Shown: one piece after another, positions 48,197 through 56,389 of the stretch | How positions within the stretch are numbered: the stretch's first letter is position 1 | How the letters are laid out: every line of letters begins with the position of its first letter | From: a virus | Direction: 5' to 3' (one strand) | Length of the DNA stretch: 64,000 nt | Virus record (IMG/VR): IMGVR_UViG_3300017728_000002 | Location: 21,482-85,481 of that record | Program-made: the position numbers and the translations under genes | The notes under the pieces: generated by a model | What the model was told of the DNA's origin: nothing | What the model saw: the letters and a program-made list of their open reading frames with translations, nothing else | The model's database searches: none

Positions 48197-48206
48197 CATG
48201 TTTCAA

Positions 48207-49352
48207 TTAGACAGCTACGTGTAAACGTTCTGCCAGAATCTGACGAAAGCCTTGGGCTTTGCAGTCCTCTGGTTGAGCCGCTTCTACAAGCTCCTCAAGT
48301 TGTTTCTCCAACTCGCGCTCTTCCCACGTCTTGTAGTCAATCTCAAAGTATGGAGTACGAATCTCCACACCTTTGGTCAAGTCTACCATGCCGTAAGCGT
48401 AGTACTCACACACACGCATTTTCATGTAGCTGTAGTCTGAAGGGACTGCAACTACATTCATAGGATTGACAAGGCATGCAATGAATGCACTTCCACTTCC
48501 GCCAAACTTCTTAACATACTCAGGGGTGCCAATGTGCAAACCTGAGCTGCATGCATTCTTTGGGTTGTTGTCACAATCAGCACGAGGCATGCTGACGCTT
48601 CCACCCAACCGAACAGAAGTAGTTCCACTCCAGTGATCGGTAAACTCAGGCGCTTCGACAAGGCCGTTGTTTTGATCTTGGAACATAGACTCCAAGTTGC
48701 CCAAGACATTTTCCGGAGCAATGAAGTTCCCTTTGTCGTCTTGCAACACTTCGGTAAGTACCGCTTTCAAGTCTCCACCTTCAGGATCCTTGACTGCTGT
48801 GTAATCTGCTGGGTTCAACCCTTCTGCTTTGAGCATCAGGTATTCCTTAGGCACAAAGTTTGTCACAGCACTGTACTTCTTGTTGGTCTGCTTGCACGCA
48901 CGATAACCAATGAAGTACCCATTGTCGGTAATGGGGAAATCATAGGTGTCCATGAACTTAAACAGGTCTTCCCGGACGTGAGTGTCTGGGTTTAGAATCA
49001 ACAACTTCCAGAAGTTGATCATGGAAGTAATGGATTTGCCTTCTTGAAGCAAATTGGTCATCCGAACCAAAAGAGTTTCGGGTATTGCAGCAGCTTCATA
49101 CCCTGTGAGGTAGAACTTTCCGTTCCGCTCTGTCAAGATATCATTCATCTTGAGGGTGTGCCCTGGGTCCAGGTCGGACACCAGGGTTGAAACATTGACT
49201 TGCGTAGGATGCAAAGCAGTAGATTTTGCAGTTTCGTAAAATCCAGCCGCGTCTGCGTTGTTGCTGAATTGACGAGCATACATTTTGTCATCCACGATGA
49301 CGTGCACTAAGGCGTCGTGACGCAGTGCTGTAATTGAGGCAGTGTAGGCCAT
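48207..49352 (-). CDS. rIIB: RIIB-like protein
   Basis: NFWKLLILNP...DLFKF...PITDNGYFIGYR; VSMPRADCDNNPKNACSSGLHIG; VNPMNVVAVPSDY...KMRVCEY. Confidence 0.88.
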   Translation of the reverse strand: MAYTASITALRHDALVHVIVDDKMYARQFSNNADAAGFYETAKSTALHPTQVNVSTLVSDLDPGHTLKMNDILTERNGKFYLTGYEAAAIPETLLVRMTNLLQEGKSITSMINFWKLLILNPDTHVREDLFKFMDTYDFPITDNGYFIGYRACKQTNKKYSAVTNFVPKEYLMLKAEGLNPADYTAVKDPEGGDLKAVLTEVLQDDKGNFIAPENVLGNLESMFQDQNNGLVEAPEFTDHWSGTTSVRLGGSVSMPRADCDNNPKNACSSGLHIGTPEYVKKFGGSGSAFIACLVNPMNVVAVPSDYSYMKMRVCEYYAYGMVDLTKGVEIRTPYFEIDYKTWEERELEKQLEELVEAAQPEDCKAQGFRQILAERLHVAV

Positions 49353-49355
49353 TTG

Positions 49356-51539
49356 TTATAGAGAGTTTATAGCTTGACGGTAGAGATCGTCACTAGTATG
49401 TTGATGTAGGATACTATTCAGTATCACGGTTCCTGCTGGCGTCTTCTGAAGTTGTTTCTGGATGTTTCTAAATTGAGCAGCTACCTTGTTAGGCGTGTAT
49501 ACTGCTCCGTTGTGCTGTAATATACTGAATGATTCTACAGATGGGGCTTCTATGTCAAATATTTCGCTGTTTATGACACTGTAAATCCAACCATTAGACT
49601 TTTTAGGTCTAGGAGGTAGTGTAAGGTGTTCTTTCAAGCACCCAAGTCGCATCAAAGTAAATCCTTGTAAGCAGTAGCTATGAATATGTTCTTTAAACCA
49701 CTGCCACTGGCTGTGTTCTAGGTTTTTAGCTTGCTGTCGTAAGATGATTTGCTTCAACTTGGCTAGATCCCAGCACTCTACACCGGACTTTTGAAGTCGC
49801 TTAAAGTTGCCGTCACTAGCGCAGTACAAGTCTTTAGGCAACACAACATTCCACTCAATAGCCTTGGCATACTTGTATTGAATGACAATTGCTTTGGTGT
49901 CTTTAAGCTCCTTGTAAGTCTTTGTTGTGCGGGTGTATGCATTATTCTGTACCACCTTTACAGGCAGTTCCGTTTTCAGCATCTCCGCAGTCCAATTAGA
50001 GCCAGTCTTACGACGAAGCTTAAGGTTTTCCTTACGGTCTACAAGCCATTTCTCTGTAGGTGTGTAATCTGCATATTTCTCTGTGTGTTTTTGAAAGAAC
50101 TCGTTGAGTATCACAGTAATGATCTGTTCAATCTTATTGTGTATCTCTTCTTTACGGTTTTCATCTACATTGTTTAAACCATACCTGCATACCTCTTGAA
50201 TAATGGGCATGAAGTTTTGGTTTACGTTAAAAATCAAAGCATAGGTGGTGGTTAGGTTGTTGTTCTCTTGAAAGAATTCTTTCCAAACCGTACCCAGTCT
50301 TTGATCTCCACGCTTTCTAATCATCGTGTAAGTAGCGGACGTGTTCGGTACTCCCTTGACAATGTCACGACCACTTAGTGTAGATACAGATCGCCACTTA
50401 CCTATTTGCAAGTCTAGTTTAGCACTAGGCTCTAAAAGTTGACCAACGATGCTCGTAAACCGGTCTTCTTGAACTTCTTTAGGCCAACCTTCAACGCTTG
50501 AGGTAAGGTGAAAATGGCGAGTACTTGCAATAATTTGATGAGTATCCGGATACACCAACTCGTTTTTACGAGAGCCATACCCATAAAGCAATTTGAGGTC
50601 TGTAGAATATCCTGATTGGGCTTGTTGCCATGTTTCAAACACAGAATTTACTTGACTCAACTTTTGATCAAGCAGTTCTTTGGCGTTGTCGTTTAACTCC
50701 AAACCTTCTCTAGACAAGGTTGGGTTGATCTCGCCAATGTTCAGCTTAATCACAAAGTTGGTCAGATAACTGTCTCCATCCAGGTGCGGAATTTTGTACA
50801 AAACATTGCCTAACGAAACCATTAGCCCGTTATGGCAAAGGGTTCTGTCGTTCTGCTCAATCCTTAAGAAAGACCCGTAATCAAAGACTTTGCTTTCATT
50901 GAATATGAATTCGCCAGGAAGAGAGATGCTCAGCATATGACCAAGAAGCACCAACTGGTTCTCTATGGCCATTACAAATTGAGTTGTATCAGCACGAGAA
51001 TACACGGGGATCGTGATTAACGTACCGTTGCTTTCATCGGTTTCAATCTCATTGATCATAGTGCATGTGCGCTCTGCACTGCTCTTTTCCATGAGATAAC
51101 TCCGCTTGACTCCGTCTATATAAGTTGTGACTTGAAAGACAGGAGTGTAAGCAAAGGGACTCTTTGCACCGATACCGAATCCACCAATCTGTTCGTTAGA
51201 ATCACGTTTGGTAGAGGCAAAGTATTGCGTGAAGATGTTCTCAATGCGGTTAGGAGTAATGCCAGGACCGAAGTCTCGCACACTAAACTCGCCTACAGCG
51301 TTACTCAAGCTTGGCACATTGGTCAGCTTTACTTGAACTTTCTGAGTGGAACGGGCTTCTTGGTTAGCGTCGACAGCATTGGACACGACCTCTCGGACGA
51401 TAGACCCATACTTGTCTTGGTATACTGAGTTAGACATTAACTCAGCGAGGTGTGTTGCGGCATCTGCTGCAAACCCCATTTTAATCTTTTGCCCCGACAC
51501 AGTAGACTCGTACTGTCGTTGGGCTGTATTCATTTTCAT
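49356..51539 (-). CDS. rIIA: RIIA-like protein (GHKL/Hsp90-type ATPase N-terminus)
   Basis: REVVSNAVDA, VRDFGPGI, YFASTKRDSNEQIGGFGIGAKSPFAY, NGTLITIP; adjacent to rIIB. Confidence 0.88.
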   Translation of the reverse strand: MKMNTAQRQYESTVSGQKIKMGFAADAATHLAELMSNSVYQDKYGSIVREVVSNAVDANQEARSTQKVQVKLTNVPSLSNAVGEFSVRDFGPGITPNRIENIFTQYFASTKRDSNEQIGGFGIGAKSPFAYTPVFQVTTYIDGVKRSYLMEKSSAERTCTMINEIETDESNGTLITIPVYSRADTTQFVMAIENQLVLLGHMLSISLPGEFIFNESKVFDYGSFLRIEQNDRTLCHNGLMVSLGNVLYKIPHLDGDSYLTNFVIKLNIGEINPTLSREGLELNDNAKELLDQKLSQVNSVFETWQQAQSGYSTDLKLLYGYGSRKNELVYPDTHQIIASTRHFHLTSSVEGWPKEVQEDRFTSIVGQLLEPSAKLDLQIGKWRSVSTLSGRDIVKGVPNTSATYTMIRKRGDQRLGTVWKEFFQENNNLTTTYALIFNVNQNFMPIIQEVCRYGLNNVDENRKEEIHNKIEQIITVILNEFFQKHTEKYADYTPTEKWLVDRKENLKLRRKTGSNWTAEMLKTELPVKVVQNNAYTRTTKTYKELKDTKAIVIQYKYAKAIEWNVVLPKDLYCASDGNFKRLQKSGVECWDLAKLKQIILRQQAKNLEHSQWQWFKEHIHSYCLQGFTLMRLGCLKEHLTLPPRPKKSNGWIYSVINSEIFDIEAPSVESFSILQHNGAVYTPNKVAAQFRNIQKQLQKTPAGTVILNSILHQHTSDDLYRQAINSL

Positions 51540-51904
51540 AGAGAGTAATTCAATTGTGGATCTGGTATATCCGTATTCATGTATTCAGCAGCCCATTGTC
51601 GGATGCTGTCGATATAGGTTTTAAAACGATTCTTGGTCATTTCAGTCGTGCTCATGATTCTCATGCCAAGCACAATTCCGTCATCTTGTATTAGGTCGCC
51701 TAAAGCAAAATTTGCTTTGAGCCAGTTGTGTGTGTCAGTGTATGTAAGAGGTGCAGGAACAGCACCTTCAATAATTGTAGAGCGATCCCACCCGTGGTCA
51801 GTTAACGTTGAGCAAACGATCGGGACTACGATTTTCCAGTAGTACCGGTTCTGTGCTGAAGTGCGCTTTGTATCCGGGGTGGTCTCTAAGGAGTTGTCGG
51901 TCAT
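51536..51904 (-). CDS. NinB/DUF1367-like recombination protein
   Basis: KRTSAQNRYYW, HNWLK, STTEMTKNRFKTYIDSIRQWAAEYMNTDIPDP; start uncertain. Confidence 0.72.
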   Translation of the reverse strand: MTDNSLETTPDTKRTSAQNRYYWKIVVPIVCSTLTDHGWDRSTIIEGAVPAPLTYTDTHNWLKANFALGDLIQDDGIVLGMRIMSTTEMTKNRFKTYIDSIRQWAAEYMNTDIPDPQLNYSL

Positions 51905-52445
51905 CTTGAATAAGTCGATAAACGAGTTTGCGGTCTTCCAACCTTTCCACCGGGCAATAGGAAAAGGATGGAGCTTTAGTGATGTAGTAGATGTTGTCAT
52001 CAGGTATTATGCCTTGAGCACTCAAGGCGTCTTGAAAGCATTTGTGGTAAATCCATTGATTGTCTAGATCCCACATCATTGTACCTGGAACTGTGTGTAG
52101 CTCGGCTTCAATGGCTAAAGGGAAAAAGTCAACTTCAGGAACCTTTCGGAGATGCTCTTGAAAGCTCTCTTTAATGCATGCTACCACTTTACTTCTGAGG
52201 TGTGGAGGCATATTGCCACTGTACAATTCTTGGCCGTTAATCTTCTTGATTCTTGGCTTGTTGACTGAAGCAGGATTGGCAATCAATGGTTTGCCATCTG
52301 CACCAAGCAAGCGGCTCTTGCTGTCGTACTGCTTAAACTTCTGATACTTCTTAGGGATACTGGTTCCTTTGGTGTAGTACTTAGCCCTACGTCCTTTGGT
52401 CAGTTGCACATGAGTTAGATAGCTAGGGATAACGATTTCAATCAT
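51798..52445 (-). CDS. RusA-like Holliday junction resolvase
   Basis: WDLDNQWIYHKCFQDALSAQGIIPDDN matches the RusA D-x-DN...K...D.L...DD catalytic pattern. Confidence 0.72.
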   Translation of the reverse strand: MIEIVIPSYLTHVQLTKGRRAKYYTKGTSIPKKYQKFKQYDSKSRLLGADGKPLIANPASVNKPRIKKINGQELYSGNMPPHLRSKVVACIKESFQEHLRKVPEVDFFPLAIEAELHTVPGTMMWDLDNQWIYHKCFQDALSAQGIIPDDNIYYITKAPSFSYCPVERLEDRKLVYRLIQDDRQLLRDHPGYKAHFSTEPVLLENRSPDRLLNVN

Positions 52446-53410
52446 TTCCTGAGGGTATCTATCCATTGAGTGGCTGCATACGGAGATGCTTTGTACAAGT
52501 CAGAGATGTCTTTAGCTCCTTCTACAAAAGCATATCTCCAGTTGAACTTTTTGCGCCACTTATTGGCAAACTTTACTCCGGTGTAGTCTCGGTCATACAC
52601 GATGACGATGTCATCAAACCGTTGTTTCCAGTCTTCTACTTCTTCATCTGTAAAGCTGTAGCTCTCGCTTTGAGGGGCTACGGCTGCAATGCCAAATTCA
52701 TAGAAGACCATAACGTCTTTCATGCTTTTGGTTACAACAAGCAGCTTTCCTTTCTGAGGTAATTGGTCTACTCCTTGCAGGCACTGCGTGTTCTGAATGA
52801 ACCTAGTGCCAGTGGAGAATGGCATATAGAGTTTAAAGAAATCATCCCCGAAGTAGTAGGCAAAGCCTGGTTGAGCGGTTCGGTGTGTAAACACTCGTTT
52901 GCCATTACAAGCAGCCAAGTAGAGCTGGAAAATTCTGTATGTCTTAAGGGTTTCGACAGTAATGCCGAACTGACCCCAAAACGATACTCCATCAGGATCT
53001 ATGTGCCATGCCCCGTTATGGGTCAAAGGCTGGATTCCAATTTCAGAAGCTTCGTTAGCGTTGGTCTTGGCGTATTCCAGGTGATCGTAGTTTTTGGCTA
53101 CAAAAGCATCTGGTATGTGCAGGTTCAAATCACTAACGATTTGTTTCAGGGCCTCTTTAAAGTTGATTCCCAATACCATACAGGCTACATCGAAACAATC
53201 CAAGCTTTCGCTTTTAGAGAAGTCTCGGAAGTAGAGTTTGCCTGCTTTGGAGTAAAAGAAACAGCACGAAGGGTTCTTGTCTTCGCGGATAGGGGAATGA
53301 AACTTTTGTTTTACCTGGATAGGAACATGGAGATAAAACTCCATGATCTGTTCTTGAGGTACTCGTTCCAATACCCAATCCCTGTTGAATACAGGTTGGA
53401 TAGCGTACAT
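52442..53410 (-). CDS. DNA primase (crAss-type, DnaG-like)
   Basis: HSPIREDKNPSC zinc-binding-like region, YFRDFS, DCFD, TOPRIM VVTKSMKDVM, APQSE, YDRDYTG, KDISD. Confidence 0.9.
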   Translation of the reverse strand: MYAIQPVFNRDWVLERVPQEQIMEFYLHVPIQVKQKFHSPIREDKNPSCCFFYSKAGKLYFRDFSKSESLDCFDVACMVLGINFKEALKQIVSDLNLHIPDAFVAKNYDHLEYAKTNANEASEIGIQPLTHNGAWHIDPDGVSFWGQFGITVETLKTYRIFQLYLAACNGKRVFTHRTAQPGFAYYFGDDFFKLYMPFSTGTRFIQNTQCLQGVDQLPQKGKLLVVTKSMKDVMVFYEFGIAAVAPQSESYSFTDEEVEDWKQRFDDIVIVYDRDYTGVKFANKWRKKFNWRYAFVEGAKDISDLYKASPYAATQWIDTLRK

Positions 53411-53440
53411 GTAGAGAGTTGTAGAGAGTTGTAGAGAGAG
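53411..53440 (-). repeat. 10-bp tandem repeat (AACTCTCTAC)x~3 immediately before the primase ATG
   Basis: Plus strand gtagagagtt gtagagagtt gtagagagag. Confidence 0.9.
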
Positions 53441-53449
53441 AGTAGGTAA

Positions 53450-53529
53450 GAGGGGGGCCTTTGCCGCCCCCCTCCGTCCTAAGGTTTCACGTAATGCGAA
53501 ACTCCCATCACACTATTCGGTGTAACGAG
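53450..53529 (-). promoter_or_regulatory. Three consecutive hairpins in the primase leader
   Basis: Minus strand CTCGTTACAC-cgaata-GTGTGATGGG; GTTTCGC-attac-GTGAAAC; GAGGGGGGC-ggcaaag-GCCCCCCTC. Confidence 0.6.
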
Positions 53530-54186
53530 TCAAAATTCCAATCCTGAATCTTCTGCAGCTACTGGTGGTGTCAACACTGGTGCTGGGTCTGCATCAAAAG
53601 GAGCAGGTTCACCTCCCAACATGGCGTTTAGATCATCACTGTTGGCCGAAGCTTTAGGAGTAATCCGTTCATACTTTTGGTGGTATACAAACGTATCGTT
53701 GTCACTCATAAGCAGAATGAAATCATTCAACGCGCGTCGAGGGAATACAGTAAAGTCCTTCTGGTTCAAGATTAGCTTGAGCCTAACTGGAACATCTACC
53801 CATCGATCGTTCAAGTTGTCAATGACTGCTTGAGAGAATTCTTGATAGTTGGCTCCTTTAACAGTGATGTCACTCAAAGGCATGTAGCAACTCATGATGT
53901 GCTTAATCCTTTCGGTTGTGTCACGCATCATCTCCTCTAGAAGGTCCTTGTAGTCTTTGCCCCATGCGTGAGCATTGGATTTGACTTTTTCAGGAATGAT
54001 CTCCCATTCATTATGAGTAAAGATTTGACCTTTATCATTGGTGAACTCAAACTTCAGCACTTTGTCTCCTGTGCCGTTTGCTTTAAAGGGTTCATATGCA
54101 ATGCGCTTTAAGACGCAGTTGTTGTTTGTGCCAGCAGGCATTGGATTGAAGCCACGCTTCAAAGGGGTACTGTCAATTGTAAACAT
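53530..54186 (-). CDS. Putative single-stranded DNA-binding protein
   Basis: Beta-rich N-terminus, flexible Pro/Ala linker, acidic-aromatic tail (EDSGLEF); directly follows the AAA ATPase. Confidence 0.55.
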   Translation of the reverse strand: MFTIDSTPLKRGFNPMPAGTNNNCVLKRIAYEPFKANGTGDKVLKFEFTNDKGQIFTHNEWEIIPEKVKSNAHAWGKDYKDLLEEMMRDTTERIKHIMSCYMPLSDITVKGANYQEFSQAVIDNLNDRWVDVPVRLKLILNQKDFTVFPRRALNDFILLMSDNDTFVYHQKYERITPKASANSDDLNAMLGGEPAPFDADPAPVLTPPVAAEDSGLEF

Positions 54187-54188
54187 GT

Positions 54189-54860
54189 TTAGTCGATGTA
54201 GATATTAGACCATTGGAATGAAAGGGCTTGGTCAGCCAGATGAGGGCAACGACTGCCCGCTTGGGTATTGTCACTACCCGTTTTGAACGTGATCATGAGT
54301 TCATCAGATTCGCGGTAAACGAATCCAATGGCATCTGCAGCACTCATAAGCTCATTCTTAAGCTTACCGGTAAGGTTTAGCTCGTTGATGTCGATCACTT
54401 TGTTGTGATCTTCGTCCACTACAGTACTTCGCTTGGTGTGTCCAACGATGATGATACCCTTAGTGGCAAGGGCTGCCAGCTTTTGCACGGCGTTAACTAC
54501 TGCTTCACGAACTAAGGCAAAACCTTTGCCAAATTCCATGTCGCCAATAGTGGCTACTTCATGCTGCTTGCAGACGTATCGTTCTATCCAGGCAGCCAAA
54601 TTGTCTACCGTGTCTAAAGCGATGTAATCATACTTGGTGTCGGACTGACTTAAACTTTGATTTAGGAGTTTGTACTCGTTAAGATTGTCGACATACACTT
54701 TCATGGCGTCAACATATTCAGTACCTCGTTCTGTGTCAATGATTAAGCAGTTGTCCAGCTTAGCGATCGTCGATGTTTTACCGGCTTTTGGGGAGCCATA
54801 GAGAAGTAAAAATCGAGGGTCTTTTCTTGTAGCAGTTGTTTTGCTAGTGGGTAAATCCAT
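54189..54860 (-). CDS. AAA_24 / Sak4-like P-loop ATPase
   Basis: LLYGSPKAGKTS Walker A, IIDTERG, YIALDTV, IIVGH, ADAIGFVYR. Confidence 0.88.
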   Translation of the reverse strand: MDLPTSKTTATRKDPRFLLLYGSPKAGKTSTIAKLDNCLIIDTERGTEYVDAMKVYVDNLNEYKLLNQSLSQSDTKYDYIALDTVDNLAAWIERYVCKQHEVATIGDMEFGKGFALVREAVVNAVQKLAALATKGIIIVGHTKRSTVVDEDHNKVIDINELNLTGKLKNELMSAADAIGFVYRESDELMITFKTGSDNTQAGSRCPHLADQALSFQWSNIYID

Positions 54861-54876
54861 TTTAAATTTTAGAGAG

Positions 54877-55860
54877 TTATGATAGTATTCGGGAGTCTGT
54901 CCATTCTGTGATACGCCCTTGATCCAAATCAGAAATCAGACGAACGTACCCTTGGGTTCCATGTCTGTTCTTGAGGATGTGAAGGGCAATCAAGTTCTTG
55001 CCTTGTTCTGTTATTGTAGGGACGTGATTCTTACCATAGACTTCTAGTCCCAACAATGCCGGCTGGTGTACCACAAGGCACACATCGCAAGCATGGTAGA
55101 GTTGTTTGGAACCATGGATGTCTGTTTTGGTAGGGAAATGCAATGAAGCAGCCCCTGGGTCACGTCGTATAGCTGATTCTATTTTGTCATTGAGTTGGCA
55201 TAGCAGGATGTTCATGGTATTGAACTCCTTGCGGATCTTGATGAACATTTTACCAAGCTCAGCTAACGTCTGTATCTCGTTTTCACCTGGCATAGGCTGA
55301 ACCAGCAAAGCGTGGTCTAGCGTAACAACCAAGTTGTCGTCTGGAAACTTCTCACGCATCTTACAGATGGTGTTCAGTATGTCTTGCCTTGTACCTGGAG
55401 TTTCGCAGAAGTAGATAGGCTCTTCTCGAACTTTGTCTAGTTGCTGCTTGACTTTTTGGTATTGGTCAGCGTCTAAAGGACGATCTGCAGAAAGCAAATC
55501 CCGATATGACAGCTGTATGGCTGTAGACAATCTGCGCAAAATCTCTGTAGAAGCACTCATCTCAAAACAGAAGTGTAGAATTTTACACTTGTGGTTTTGA
55601 ATTCGCTCATTGATGAAATTCTGTATCAAAATATTCAGCATGTAGCTCTTACCATGACCTGAAGCACCACACAGCATATAGGTCTGCCCAAACTCAAAAC
55701 CTCCCAAGAGGTATCGGTTGAGCAGATCCCATTCTGTGCGCACCATAACGCGGTCTCCAGTCATAGACGCGTAAATCTGTTGATTGGCGTCTTTGATGGA
55801 AACTGCCATCTTCCGAATGGGAAGACTATTGGAGCTCTCGGTCTGCAGGTAAGATGACAT
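54877..55860 (-). CDS. dnaB: DnaB-like replicative helicase (C-terminal ATPase domain only)
   Basis: CGASGHGKS, FCFEMS, VTLDHALLV, LLCQLN, DIHGSKQLYHACD, HILKNRHG; start uncertain. Confidence 0.88.
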   Translation of the reverse strand: MSSYLQTESSNSLPIRKMAVSIKDANQQIYASMTGDRVMVRTEWDLLNRYLLGGFEFGQTYMLCGASGHGKSYMLNILIQNFINERIQNHKCKILHFCFEMSASTEILRRLSTAIQLSYRDLLSADRPLDADQYQKVKQQLDKVREEPIYFCETPGTRQDILNTICKMREKFPDDNLVVTLDHALLVQPMPGENEIQTLAELGKMFIKIRKEFNTMNILLCQLNDKIESAIRRDPGAASLHFPTKTDIHGSKQLYHACDVCLVVHQPALLGLEVYGKNHVPTITEQGKNLIALHILKNRHGTQGYVRLISDLDQGRITEWTDSRILS

Positions 55861-56389
55861 TGCCTGTTGTATCACGCATTTCTTCTAGGGCTTCCCATTG
55901 ACGGGATGCAAACCACTTTTCGATTCCCATAGAAATCTTGTGGTTCTTGATTGCCCAATGAAGCTGGTCCATGACACGTCGGTGCTGACCTCGCTTGACT
56001 ACTTTTTGATAGTACTGTCTCTCTAATTCATCTAAATCACAACTTCTTGCCGCTACTTGCTTGCCGTGTATGAACAACCACTTGGGGTATGCGCTAATAA
56101 ATTCTTCAGCACTTGCCCAATCGCAGTTCTTCTCAAACATCTCTGTTCCTTGCTCTGTCAACTCAAATTGGTCTAGAGCAAATACCCCAGACTCATTCCA
56201 GTTGTAGATGTAGTTGCGGTCTATCAAATCATGGACTTCTTCTTTGGTCAAGACTTTACCGTTTACGTCAATCAACGAGTAGATAAGCTTGAACTTCTTT
56301 TCATACATAATTGCCAGGAACGCATACTGGCTGGGGGTCATCTTTGTTTTTTGTAAGAACTTGACCCAACGTTCTAAATCAATGATCAT
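55826..56389 (-). CDS. Conserved replication protein (putative wHTH initiator/helicase loader)
   Basis: LIDRNYI wing-helix-like part and EEFISAYP motif; directly upstream of DnaB. Confidence 0.5.
   Translation of the reverse strand: MIIDLERWVKFLQKTKMTPSQYAFLAIMYEKKFKLIYSLIDVNGKVLTKEEVHDLIDRNYIYNWNESGVFALDQFELTEQGTEMFEKNCDWASAEEFISAYPKWLFIHGKQVAARSCDLDELERQYYQKVVKRGQHRRVMDQLHWAIKNHKISMGIEKWFASRQWEALEEMRDTTGNVILPADRELQ

Noticed and set aside
52763-53434. 223-aa + strand ORF antisense to primase
   Set aside because: Fully overlaps a well-supported gene; no motifs
53411-53440. Repeat as a possible CRISPR mini-array
   Set aside because: 10-bp units without spacers; no cas genes
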